Program-made: the position numbers and the translations under genes | Notes under the pieces: generated by a model | What the model saw: only the letters and a program-made list of their open reading frames with translations | What the model was told of the DNA's origin: nothing | Databases searched by the model: none | Shown here: one piece after another, positions 27,573 through 37,244 of the stretch | How positions within the stretch are numbered: the first letter of the stretch is position 1 | Layout: every line of letters starts with the position of its first letter | NCBI GenBank assembly: GCA_944391965.1 | Contig: CALXVH010000004.1 | Coordinates: 9,332 to 73,331 of the forward strand | Direction: 5' to 3' | Length of the DNA stretch: 64,000 bases | Origin: an uncultured Clostridia bacterium | Lineage (GTDB): Bacteria; Bacillota; Clostridia; TANB77; CAG-508

Positions 27573-29429
27573 CTATTCTATTTCATCATTGCATTCTTCA
27601 AATTGAGAATTATATAAGCCTGCATAGAATCCATCTTTTGTAAGTAATTCTTCCTGAGTACCTTGCTCTACAATATCACCATGGTTCATAACTAAAATTA
27701 AATCTGCATTTTTAATTGTAGATAATCTATGTGCAATAATGAAACTTGTTCTACCTTTCATTAAATTATCCATTGCTGATTGAATTTGCTGTTCAGTTCT
27801 AGTATCTATAGAACTTGTAGCCTCATCTAAAATTAATATTTTAGGATCTGCTAAAATAACTCTCGCAATAGTTAATAATTGTTTTTGTCCTGCAGAAACA
27901 TTGCTTGTTTCCTCATTTAAAATAGATTTATAGCCCTTTGGTAATGTCTTAATAAAATGGTGAACATGTGCAGCTTTAGCAGCTTCTATAACCTCACTAT
28001 CTGTTGCATCTGGTTTACCATATTTTATATTATCTTCTACAGTTCCACTAAATAACCATGTATCTTGTAAAACCATTCCAAACATTTTTCTTAATTCAGC
28101 TCTCTTGAAATCCTTAATGTTATGTCCATCAACAGAAATTGAACCTGAATTCACATCATAAAATCTCATTAGTAATTTAACCATAGTAGTCTTACCTGCA
28201 CCGGTAGGTCCAACAATAGCAATCTTTTGACCATCTTTAACATTTGCACAAAAATCATTGATAATTGTTTTGTCTGGATTATATCCAAAATTAACATGAT
28301 CAAATACAACATTACCTTTTAATTTATTTGAATCTATATTTCCCTTTGCAGTTTCTACTTCTTCTGGTTCCTCTAAAAATTCGAAAACTCTTTCTGTAGC
28401 TGCAATCATAGCTTGTAATGTAGCAGAAATTTGTGCAATCTGTGTTATAGGTTGAATAAATTGTCTGTTATATTGAATAAAACTTTGTATATCACCAACA
28501 GCAATCTTACCTTGAACTGTTAAATATCCACCTAAAATTGCAACTAAAACATAACCAACATTTCCAATAAAGTTTGTTACTGGATGTATTAAACCTGATA
28601 AAAATTGTGATTTCCATGCTGATCTATATAATACATCATTTGCTTTCATAAAAGTATCAGTTACTTTTTCTTCACCATTAAATACTTTTACAATCGTATG
28701 ACCACCATATACTTCTTCTACTTGACCATTTACATGACCTAAATAATCTTGTTGAGCTTTAAAGTATTTTTGTGAATGTTTTACTATTGTAAAGCTTAAA
28801 AAAGCTGTTACTGGCAATATAATTAATGAAACCACTGCCATAAGCCAGTTAATAGAAAACATCATTATCAAAATACCAATAATTGTACAAATAGATGTAA
28901 TAATTTGTGTAACACTTTGATTTAAGTTTTGTGATAATGTATCTATATCGTTTGTAATTATAGATAAAACTTCACCATGAGTTTTTTTGTCAAAATACTT
29001 CATTGGCAATTTATTAATTTTATGTACTAAATCATTACGCATTTTATATGTAATTTTTTGTGTTACTGTAGTCATTGTAAAACCTTGTACTAAAGAAAAT
29101 AACGCACTTAAAACATATAAACCTAATAATGTAAGAAGTATTGTTCCAATTTTGCCAAAGTCTATTCCAGAGCCTCCAGATAACTTATTCATTAATCCAT
29201 TAAAAATTTCTGTTGTTGCATTACCTAAAATCTTTGGTCCGATAATTGAAAATATTGTACTTCCGACAGCAAATAAAATAACAATTATAATTGGTATTTT
29301 ATATTTTGCTAAATAATTTTTTAATAGTTTTTTAGTAGTTCCCTTAAAATCTTTTGGTTTTTCTACTACTCTACCTGCGCCATGTCTCATACCTCCCATT
29401 GGAGGTCTTACATTTTTATTCTCTGCCAT
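27573..29429 (-). CDS. ABC exporter fused permease/ATPase (type I exporter, heterodimer partner B)
   Basis: 618 aa; 6-TM domain then NBD with GPTGAGKTT, LSGGQKQ, ILILDEATSSID. Confidence 0.85.
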   Translation of the reverse strand: MAENKNVRPPMGGMRHGAGRVVEKPKDFKGTTKKLLKNYLAKYKIPIIIVILFAVGSTIFSIIGPKILGNATTEIFNGLMNKLSGGSGIDFGKIGTILLTLLGLYVLSALFSLVQGFTMTTVTQKITYKMRNDLVHKINKLPMKYFDKKTHGEVLSIITNDIDTLSQNLNQSVTQIITSICTIIGILIMMFSINWLMAVVSLIILPVTAFLSFTIVKHSQKYFKAQQDYLGHVNGQVEEVYGGHTIVKVFNGEEKVTDTFMKANDVLYRSAWKSQFLSGLIHPVTNFIGNVGYVLVAILGGYLTVQGKIAVGDIQSFIQYNRQFIQPITQIAQISATLQAMIAATERVFEFLEEPEEVETAKGNIDSNKLKGNVVFDHVNFGYNPDKTIINDFCANVKDGQKIAIVGPTGAGKTTMVKLLMRFYDVNSGSISVDGHNIKDFKRAELRKMFGMVLQDTWLFSGTVEDNIKYGKPDATDSEVIEAAKAAHVHHFIKTLPKGYKSILNEETSNVSAGQKQLLTIARVILADPKILILDEATSSIDTRTEQQIQSAMDNLMKGRTSFIIAHRLSTIKNADLILVMNHGDIVEQGTQEELLTKDGFYAGLYNSQFEECNDEIE

Positions 29430-31698
29430 TTTCCAATTCCTCCTTTGAAAGTTGTGATAAAGCTATTTGTTTATAAGTTTCACATGATTCCAATAATTCC
29501 TCATGTGTTCCTTTTCCTACAATTTTTCCTTCATCTAATACTATTATTTGATCTGCATTCATAATTGTACTAATTCTTTGTGCAACTATTATTACAGTCT
29601 TATCTTTAGTACGTTTTGCAAGTTCTTCTCTTAATATTTTGTCTGTCTTCATATCTAATGCTGAAAAACTATCATCAAATACTAATATTTCTGGATTTAT
29701 TGCAATAGCTCTAGCTATTGATAAACGTTGTTTCTGTCCACCAGAAACGTTACCTCCACCTTGTGATATTGGTTCTTGGTATTTTTGTGGTTTTGTTTCG
29801 ATGAATTCTTCGGCTTGGGCAATTTGCGCAGCCTCTACCATTTGCTCATCTGTTATATTTTCATTACCATATTTTATGTTAGATTCTATCGTTCCAGAGA
29901 ATAATATTCCTTTTTGTGGTACGAATCCAATTCTCTTTCTTAATTCTTTTTGACTTACGTCTTTTACATTTACACCATCTACTAATAGTTCTCCTCCAGT
30001 TACATCATAAAATCTTGGTATTAAATTTACTATTGTAGATTTACCACTACCTGTACTTCCAATTAAAGCAGTGGTTTCACCAGGCTTTGCTGTAAATGAA
30101 ATATCTGTTACAACTTCTGTATCTGCATCTGGATAATGGAATGAAACATCTTTAAATTCAACATATCCTTTTTTATCTACTTTAAATTGTTTTGTTCCGT
30201 CTTTATCTTTTATTTTAGGTTCTGTTTCTAACACTTCATTTATACGTTCTGCAGAAACACTAGCACGTGGTAACATTATAGATACCATAGATATCATTAA
30301 GAATGCCATTACTATTTGCATTGTATATTGAATAAATGCCATTACATCTCCAACTTGCATTAGTCCTTCATTTGCATTATGTCCACCAACCCATACAATA
30401 AGTACTGTTATACAGTTCATAACAAGCATTAATGCTGGCATCATTATACTCATTGCTCTATTTACGAAAACTTGTGTTTTCATTAAATCTGTATTGGCTC
30501 CATCAAATCTTTTCTCTTCTCTTTCTTCTGTATTAAAAGCACGAATTACTTGACTTCCTGTTAATATTTCACGAGATACTAAGTTTAGTTTATCAACTAA
30601 TTTTTGTAATATTTTAAATCTAGGCATTGCTATAATCATTAATGTAAGAACAATTATAACAATACATATTACAGCTAAACCTATTATCCAAGCCATAGAT
30701 GCATCACTATTAAATAATACTCTTATAAATCCACCTATTGCTATAATTGGGGCATATACAACAACTCTAAATAAAATTGTTAAAAGCATTTGAATTTGTT
30801 GTATATCATTTGTTGTACGTGTAATTAAAGATGCTGTTGAAAATCCATTAAATTCTTCTGTAGAAAAACTTAATACTTTCTTAAATATTTTTTCTCTTAA
30901 TGTTTTACCTAATTTAGCAGCCACTCTTGAAGATAATAACATTATAGAAATTGCACTTATCATAGTGATTGCTGCTATTCCTAACATTTGTAAGCCTGAT
31001 ATTAAAATATATGTATTTTGTATACTATCTGTATCAGCTCCTAAATATTGATATTGTAATTTTACTTCTTGTATTGCAGCTTGTTCTATCATGGAATCTG
31101 ATAAATTAGTAATCATTGTATCTATTGTATTTGGTAATTCTGCTTCTATTGTATTTATAAAATCTGTTTTTTGCTCTGCTGGCATCATATTTATTATTTC
31201 TGCTAAAGACATATTTTCCATAACAGTTCTTTGTGCTTCTGGAATATTCTCTAACATTTTGTTTTTGATTTGATTAGCTGTTTCTTCATTTGATACCATT
31301 TGTTTTATAAGTAAGCCATTCATTAAATTAATATTTAATTTGCCTTTTTCTATACTATTGATATCATTAATCTTGTATGTATTTCCATCTTCTGATAATG
31401 TATATGAATTTAATATTTCATCATCATTTTCTACAAATCCAAGCATTAAATCCATATCTACTTTACTTATTTCTTCTGGCGCTTCAAAGCTAGACAATGC
31501 AAGTAAAGGTTTGGCTATAGTTTGATTTAAACTTTCTTGTTCTTCTTTACTAATGTCTTTTAATTTATACACTTCTTGATTTGCAATTTCTGGATAATCT
31601 TTAACATCTTTTTCATAATCTTTACTATCCTTAGAAATAATTTCATAATCATTTAATATTTTTTCATCATCATTTGTAAATTTTAAAAGACTATCCAT
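29416..31698 (-). CDS. ABC exporter fused permease/ATPase (partner A) with large extracytoplasmic insert; N-terminus disrupted by apparent frameshift
   Basis: 760 aa ORF with NBD (GSTGSGKST, LSGGQKQR, LVFDDSFSALD); first TM helix is encoded in another frame upstream (31718..31882). Confidence 0.8.
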   Translation of the reverse strand: MDSLLKFTNDDEKILNDYEIISKDSKDYEKDVKDYPEIANQEVYKLKDISKEEQESLNQTIAKPLLALSSFEAPEEISKVDMDLMLGFVENDDEILNSYTLSEDGNTYKINDINSIEKGKLNINLMNGLLIKQMVSNEETANQIKNKMLENIPEAQRTVMENMSLAEIINMMPAEQKTDFINTIEAELPNTIDTMITNLSDSMIEQAAIQEVKLQYQYLGADTDSIQNTYILISGLQMLGIAAITMISAISIMLLSSRVAAKLGKTLREKIFKKVLSFSTEEFNGFSTASLITRTTNDIQQIQMLLTILFRVVVYAPIIAIGGFIRVLFNSDASMAWIIGLAVICIVIIVLTLMIIAMPRFKILQKLVDKLNLVSREILTGSQVIRAFNTEEREEKRFDGANTDLMKTQVFVNRAMSIMMPALMLVMNCITVLIVWVGGHNANEGLMQVGDVMAFIQYTMQIVMAFLMISMVSIMLPRASVSAERINEVLETEPKIKDKDGTKQFKVDKKGYVEFKDVSFHYPDADTEVVTDISFTAKPGETTALIGSTGSGKSTIVNLIPRFYDVTGGELLVDGVNVKDVSQKELRKRIGFVPQKGILFSGTIESNIKYGNENITDEQMVEAAQIAQAEEFIETKPQKYQEPISQGGGNVSGGQKQRLSIARAIAINPEILVFDDSFSALDMKTDKILREELAKRTKDKTVIIVAQRISTIMNADQIIVLDEGKIVGKGTHEELLESCETYKQIALSQLSKEELENGRE

Positions 31699-31717
31699 TT
31701 GGTTTTTAGCTATATAT

Positions 31718-31882
31718 TCAGGTGCAGAATTTTCTATTCCACCGTGCTTGAATACCTACATTTACAATTTTAGAAGTATATGTTGGTAATGCTAAGTCTG
31801 TTGCAGCTTGAACACATAAAAGTATAATAATTACTATTACAGAAGCAGCAGATTGTTTTAAGTTTTTTAAAACTTTTAACAT
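31718..31882 (-). pseudogene. N-terminal fragment (TM1) of the same ABC exporter in a different frame: MLKVLKNLKQSAASVIVIIILLCVQAATDLALPTYTSKIVNVGIQ...
   Basis: ATG at 31882 has strong SD AAAGGAGAG; frame joins the 760-aa ORF only after a 1-nt shift near 31741-31749 (GIQA | GGIENSAPEY). Confidence 0.55.
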
Positions 31883-31945
31883 TGTTTATTCTCTCCTTTT
31901 TTGAAATTTGTGAACTTTAGTGATAAAACTTAAAAGTTCATTATG

Positions 31946-32554
31946 TTATTTTAAAATTCCTCTTTTTATATATTCAATTTCTTTCAAGAAATCTTTTCTC
32001 GCCTCAGCTGAGTTTTTATATTTTAATGAAGCCACAATTCTTCGTCTTGTTATCGCTGTCAATATTTCTATTACCAGCTTAAATTCTTCTTCGTCTTTTA
32101 TATTTAAAATATCTTTATTCTTTGAATACAAATCTTGTAGTGTTTTCTCTAATTTTTTGTTCATTTCTTCTTTTCTTGTAAGCATTAGGTTGTCACTTGT
32201 TTTAATATTTTCAAATATCTGTCTAAAAAGTTTATTATTTCTTCTTATTTTACCTACTTCTATTAAGTGATCATACATATTAATAAAAATGTTTATTATG
32301 TTTCCATTTTCATTTTCTATCATTTCCATTAAATTTTTTTCCATATCACCAGTTTTTGAAGTCATAATATAATCAAACAAGTCTTGTTTGTTTTCAAAAT
32401 ATTGATAGAAACTGCCTCTAGCTATTTCTGCATCTTCTACAATATTTTTTATAGAAGCTTGTTCTAGCGGAACTCTTGCGAATTCTTTATTTGCAGCTTT
32501 TAATATTTTATGCTTCTTCTCTGCAGGTAAATTGAAGAATGTATTTGTTGGCAT
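31946..32554 (-). CDS. TetR/AcrR family transcriptional regulator
   Basis: 202 aa; N-terminal HTH EFARVPLEQASIKNIVEDAEIARGSFYQYFENKQDLF. Confidence 0.85.
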   Translation of the reverse strand: MPTNTFFNLPAEKKHKILKAANKEFARVPLEQASIKNIVEDAEIARGSFYQYFENKQDLFDYIMTSKTGDMEKNLMEMIENENGNIINIFINMYDHLIEVGKIRRNNKLFRQIFENIKTSDNLMLTRKEEMNKKLEKTLQDLYSKNKDILNIKDEEEFKLVIEILTAITRRRIVASLKYKNSAEARKDFLKEIEYIKRGILK

Positions 32555-32653
32555 TTTTTCCTCCTTTCATTTGTATTATATTCTTAAGTATAAAATTTGA
32601 TTATTTATTTGGTGTCTTTTGATTATTCTAATCTTATTTATCTTAACTTCAAA

Positions 32654-32692
32654 GTGACACTGTATCATATATTATATATGACACAGTGTCAC
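32654..32692. promoter_or_regulatory. candidate TetR operator overlapping promoter (GTGACACTGT-N19-ACAGTGTCAC)
   Basis: Perfect 10-bp inverted repeat; minus-strand -35 TTGACA (32694..32699) abuts it and TATAAT lies inside the spacer. Confidence 0.45.
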
Positions 32693-32735
32693 TTGTCAAT
32701 CTATGTTCTGTGAATTCTTTGTGAATTCTTCATAC

Positions 32736-32797
32736 TTTATAAATTTGTATATAAAGAACCCTCCTTGTTAAACTTTCTTGTATAACAAGGAGGGTTC
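32736..32797 (-). terminator. strong rho-independent terminator after murD-like gene
   Basis: Perfect 15-bp stem GAACCCTCCTTGTTA / TAACAAGGAGGGTTC with 12-nt loop, T-rich tail on minus strand. Confidence 0.7.
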
Positions 32798-32809
32798 ACT
32801 TCTCTATTC

Positions 32810-34117
32810 CTAAAGTTCTTTTAGCAATTCTTTAAATTTATTTCCTCTTTCTTCAAAATTTTTAAAAAATCCGTAACTTGCTGCAGCTGGAGATAATAAA
32901 CAAATTGTATTTTTCTTACTTACTTCTTTTGCTTTTCTTACTGCTTCCTCTAAATTAGTTACTAAATAACAATTCTTATTAGCTCCTTTTTCCTGTAATT
33001 CTTTATATATTCTTGTCCCAGTATCTGGCATTAAAATTAAATTTTCTAAATTTTCATCTTTTATAATAAAATCCTCTAAATTAGAATAATTTATTTTTCT
33101 GTCCATACCCCCTAATATTAAGGTATTTACATTTTTTAATGCTTTGATACCCTCTATGGTAGTTTCTCCTATTGTAGAAATTGAATCATCATAATATGAA
33201 ACATTATCTTTAGTAGTAACATATTCTAATCTATGTGCTAAGCCCCTAAAATCCTTTAAGGCTAATTTAAATTCTTCATTTGATATTTTATACATGTTAC
33301 TACAAATATAGTATGAAACTGCAATATCAAAAAAATTATGCTCACCTACCAAATTTGTTTCATCATCTAAAATTTGTATACTATTATTATTTGTTGTTAT
33401 AGTTCTATCTTTTATAAAATCGTTTATGCAAATATTATTTTTAATTTTACTATTTATATATTTTTGGCATGTTTTTCCATAAATAAAAATATCATCATCT
33501 GTTTGAAATTTATTAATATTAAGTTTTGCATTAATGTAATTTTCAAATGTTTTATAATGATCTAAATGGTCTGGATATAAATCCAAAATCACTGCAATAT
33601 GAGGTGAATATCTTATAAATTCTAATTGATGGCAACTAAGTTCGAACACTATTTTTGTATCTTCATCTATTTCATTTATTGCGTTAAAACAAGGAATTCC
33701 TATATTTCCGACTAACACAGTATTTGGATAATATTTTTTTAATATAGTATAAGTAAGACTAGATGTTGTACTTTTTCCTTTAGTTCCGGTTATTCCTATT
33801 ATTTGTTTAGATAAAATTTTAACAAATTCTTCTGTTTGTGATGTTAATTTGCTGACATCTATTATAGTTGCATCTGCAACTATTCCTGGGCTTTTAAATA
33901 TTAAATCATATTTGTTTAACTCCCCTGGATTACTTAATTTTTTTACCCCTTCTATTTCTGGAAAATCTTTTTGATCTAAAATGCCTAATTCTTTATACTT
34001 TATATTATTATTTTGTATAAATTGCAAAGTAGATATTCCTTCTTTCCCAAGTCCCCAAATTGCTATTTTTTTATTTTCTAAGTCTTCTTTAAATTTAGCT
34101 AATATTGTATTTTTCAT
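32810..34117 (-). CDS. Mur ligase family protein, MurD-like (candidate MurD2, UDP-MurNAc-L-Ala--Glu ligase)
   Basis: 435 aa; N-terminal Rossmann KKIAIWGLGKEGIS, central GITGTKGKSTT P-loop, Mur ligase C-domain; located outside any dcw cluster context. Confidence 0.75.
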   Translation of the reverse strand: MKNTILAKFKEDLENKKIAIWGLGKEGISTLQFIQNNNIKYKELGILDQKDFPEIEGVKKLSNPGELNKYDLIFKSPGIVADATIIDVSKLTSQTEEFVKILSKQIIGITGTKGKSTTSSLTYTILKKYYPNTVLVGNIGIPCFNAINEIDEDTKIVFELSCHQLEFIRYSPHIAVILDLYPDHLDHYKTFENYINAKLNINKFQTDDDIFIYGKTCQKYINSKIKNNICINDFIKDRTITTNNNSIQILDDETNLVGEHNFFDIAVSYYICSNMYKISNEEFKLALKDFRGLAHRLEYVTTKDNVSYYDDSISTIGETTIEGIKALKNVNTLILGGMDRKINYSNLEDFIIKDENLENLILMPDTGTRIYKELQEKGANKNCYLVTNLEEAVRKAKEVSKKNTICLLSPAAASYGFFKNFEERGNKFKELLKEL

Positions 34118-35478
34118 ATTATCTCACTCTTCTTTAACATTTGTTTATAATGTTCTGGTACATTATTCTCTGAATTATAAAATGTGTTATATTCATTTTC
34201 CTCATCTTTATATTCTTGATATTTATTTGTGTTTTTATAATACTTATATAATAATGGAACTTCCTCATTATTTGCTTCACATTTTTTTATTGTTTCACAA
34301 ATTGCTGTATTTACTTCATCTCTTGAACCCACACATTCAAAAGGTTTATTTTTTTGTATTCCAGCAAGCATTTCCATTGTTTCTTTCAAGCTTTCTTTTT
34401 CTAATAGATCTTCTCCAAATATTTTTATCATATCTTGTTTATTCATAAATGGAGCTAGAATTATATATACAAATAAACATTTAGGACAGTTTGCACACCA
34501 TTTGTTTTCTTTACTTCCCGCATTACAGCTTTTAAAAATGCTATAAAAGTTAGGTAATTTAGCAAAATGTTTTGCAATTTGGTATTCACTTATCGGTCTT
34601 AATAAACTAAAATACTCTATCCCATCTAATATATTTTCTTTAACATATTCATTAAAATCTTGTTCAAATTCATAGCTTTTAGAGTATTGATGATTTACTT
34701 CCTCTTCATATATTGTAGATTCATTTGCACTTGCTTCATTAGATAATACTATGTATTTTTTCTTATTTAAATATGCAACTATAAGTGCTGAAAATGCCAC
34801 TATAGATGAAAATGGTGTATGACCATTTAAATAACCCTGTTTGTTAAGTTCTAACATATTTTTATCTAGTGTTCTTTTTACATAACATCTTTTATCTTCG
34901 CCATATCCAGCAGCCTCTGCTGTTTCTTCTGTTGCTCCTCTTGGATTTATTACATAGCACATATTATCTGCAAAATCTTCTTTGATTACATCTAATGTTA
35001 CAATAGAATCTTTACCTCCACCTATTGGAACTAAAGCACCAGCAAATTTTTCATTAGTTATTATTTTTGATAGTTTTCTATTTCCTGTTGAAATATTCAT
35101 AAATTCATCTATATTTGTTCTTATATTGTTTTTATAAAAGAACTCACCAAGACCATAAAAATATAATTTTTTCCACCAATCTATTTGTTTTTGGTTTAAG
35201 CATATATTTTTTACAGTTACATGTGGTGCACAAGTTATTTTCCAATAGCTTACAAGTTCAACCATTCCCAAATTGAAAACCATAGTTTCTAATAGTTCTT
35301 TATTCTGATCTTTACTTACAGAATCACTCATTTTAGGAATTGTCCATGTTGGGTTAAATTTTGAAAGTCCCACTATTTCAAATTCATAACTTATTTTATA
35401 TTCATTTTCATTTTCTTCTATTTTATACCAGTTATATGAAAATTCTGTATATTTTTCTCTTAATTCTAAAAAATTCAT
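34114..35478 (-). CDS. PP-loop (adenine-nucleotide alpha-hydrolase-like) ATPase with C-terminal Cys motif; candidate MurL-type UDP-MurNAc-L-Ala-L-Glu epimerase
   Basis: 454 aa; PIGGGKDS PP-loop-like motif, CANCPKC motif; overlaps start of murD-like gene by 4 nt (operon). Confidence 0.5.
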   Translation of the reverse strand: MNFLELREKYTEFSYNWYKIEENENEYKISYEFEIVGLSKFNPTWTIPKMSDSVSKDQNKELLETMVFNLGMVELVSYWKITCAPHVTVKNICLNQKQIDWWKKLYFYGLGEFFYKNNIRTNIDEFMNISTGNRKLSKIITNEKFAGALVPIGGGKDSIVTLDVIKEDFADNMCYVINPRGATEETAEAAGYGEDKRCYVKRTLDKNMLELNKQGYLNGHTPFSSIVAFSALIVAYLNKKKYIVLSNEASANESTIYEEEVNHQYSKSYEFEQDFNEYVKENILDGIEYFSLLRPISEYQIAKHFAKLPNFYSIFKSCNAGSKENKWCANCPKCLFVYIILAPFMNKQDMIKIFGEDLLEKESLKETMEMLAGIQKNKPFECVGSRDEVNTAICETIKKCEANNEEVPLLYKYYKNTNKYQEYKDEENEYNTFYNSENNVPEHYKQMLKKSEII

Positions 35479-35489
35479 ATTTATCTCCT

Positions 35490-35548
35490 TTCGGATTTAA
35501 GAACGTTCCGGGATTTGGGAATGTTCCTTTTTTCCCTTTTTCTACTCT
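35490..35548. repeat. two tandem units of palindromic repeat, F orientation (CGGATTTAAGAACGTTCC GGGATTTGGGAATGTTCC TTTTTTCCC)
   Basis: Directly visible. Confidence 0.75.
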
Positions 35549-35596
35549 GATATTATATTGTAATTAAGTTATAAAAGCAACTATTTTAAATAACTG

Positions 35597-35630
35597 AAAG
35601 TTAAAAATGTCCTTTCACTTAAAAGGACAT
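35597..35630 (-). terminator. terminator after tyrS
   Basis: ATGTCCTTT-cactt-AAAGGACAT stem plus T-run. Confidence 0.6.
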
Positions 35631-35638
35631 CTTTTACT

Positions 35639-36799
35639 TTACATTATCTTTATAAATTTATTTTTTCCAAACTGTAATATTGTTTCTTTTGGCTGTAGTG
35701 TAGCTGTTATATCTTCTATAATCTCACCATCCACTTTTACACCTCTACCTAACACCATTCTTTTTGCTTCACTTTTAGAAGGTGCAAATCCAACTTTTAC
35801 AAGTAAATCACAAATATTTATTTCATCATTGTTTTCAATATTAAATTCTTTTATATCTTCCGGGATACCACCTTTGGCAACTTGATTATATCTTTCTTCT
35901 GCCAAAGCTATCTTAGCTTCTCCATGATACATTCTAACAATTTCTTCTGCATATCTCTTATGAGCTTTTACTATATCCTCACTAATTAATTTCTCTGCCT
36001 CATTTATATCAATATCTGTAGTTAATCTAAAATATTCCATTAAAACTTCATCAGGAATCTTCATAGCTTTTTCATACATTACCTCTGGACTTTCATCAAT
36101 TCCAATATAATTGTCTAATGATTTGCTCATTTTTTCTTTTCCATCTAGTCCTACTAACAATGGAAATGTTAAAACAACTTGTCTTTCTTGCCCATAATCT
36201 TTTTGCAATTCTCTACCTACTAATAGATTAAATGTTTGATCTGTTCCACCAATTTCTATATCTGCATTTAATGCTACAGAATCATATCCTTGCATTAATG
36301 GATATAGAAGTTCATGCATTGATAAAGGTAAATTGTTTTCATATCTATTTTTAAAATCATCTCTTTCTAAAATTCTTGCAACTGTGTATTTACTTGTTAA
36401 TTCTATAACATCTTTAAAATTTATCTTAGAAAGCCATTCAGAGTTGTATGCAATTCTTGTTTTATCTTTGTCTAATATTTTAGTAACTTGTTTTAAGTAT
36501 GTTTCTCCAGCCTTTCTTGTTTGCTCAAATGTTAAAGCTGGTCTTGTTTTGCTTTTACCTGATGGATCTCCAATCATTCCTGTAAAATCTCCTATAACAA
36601 ATACGACTTCATGCCCCATCTCCTGAAATGTCTTTAATGCTCTTAACACAACTGTATGTCCTAGATGTAAATCTGGTCTTGATGGGTCTGCTCCCAATTT
36701 TATTGTAAGTTTTCTTCCACTCTTTATTTTTTGTTCTAATTCTTCTTCTGAAAATATATCTACTGCTTTTCTCTTTATTAAATCTAATTTATTATCCAT
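35639..36799 (-). CDS. tyrS: tyrosine--tRNA ligase
   Basis: 386 aa; HLGH (HIGH) and KMSKS motifs, C-terminal S4-like domain; T-box leader upstream. Confidence 0.9.
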   Translation of the reverse strand: MDNKLDLIKRKAVDIFSEEELEQKIKSGRKLTIKLGADPSRPDLHLGHTVVLRALKTFQEMGHEVVFVIGDFTGMIGDPSGKSKTRPALTFEQTRKAGETYLKQVTKILDKDKTRIAYNSEWLSKINFKDVIELTSKYTVARILERDDFKNRYENNLPLSMHELLYPLMQGYDSVALNADIEIGGTDQTFNLLVGRELQKDYGQERQVVLTFPLLVGLDGKEKMSKSLDNYIGIDESPEVMYEKAMKIPDEVLMEYFRLTTDIDINEAEKLISEDIVKAHKRYAEEIVRMYHGEAKIALAEERYNQVAKGGIPEDIKEFNIENNDEINICDLLVKVGFAPSKSEAKRMVLGRGVKVDGEIIEDITATLQPKETILQFGKNKFIKIM

Positions 36800-36809
36800 A
36801 TTAATACTC

Positions 36810-37141
36810 TCCTTTTATATTTTAATTTTTGATCATATTATATGAATTTTCGTAGAAGAACCCGTCGATTATTATTTTCATTTTAAACGATTGGGTCATA
36901 GCATCACCTCCTAAAAATTCCAAAAGACACATCTCCTTAAAGGACGATGTGTCTCGTGGTACCACCTTTATTTACAATTTAATAATTGCCTCTTTACAGC
37001 TTATCGTAGCTACACGTTAATTACTATAAGAAATGTAATTCGTAAATTTATATACTAGCAAGTTCCACCCAACCATTGCCTCTCTATTAGTTACTATAAA
37101 TTACTACTTGGTTTCTTTTTAAAACATAATTAAATTCAATT
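36810..37141 (-). promoter_or_regulatory. T-box riboswitch leader of tyrS (with intrinsic terminator/antiterminator)
   Basis: Minus-strand AAAGGUGGUACCACG T-box sequence (36955..36969) overlapping terminator stem AGACACAUC..GAUGUGUCU (36925..36954); promoter TTGCAA-17-TATAAT at 37149..37178; candidate UAC specifier. Confidence 0.75.
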
Positions 37142-37206
37142 GTATTATTATTATACCTGCTATTACCAATATTTGCAAGTATTATTTTATCATTTTATTT
37201 ATATTA

Positions 37207-37243
37207 TAGGGCTTTAAGGAATGTCCCCAAAATCTCGTCTTCC
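37207..37243. repeat. degenerate palindromic repeat unit, R orientation (GGGCTTTAAGGAATGTCCCCAAAATC)
   Basis: Directly visible; immediately 3' of 37245..37679 gene. Confidence 0.65.
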
Positions 37244-37244
37244 A

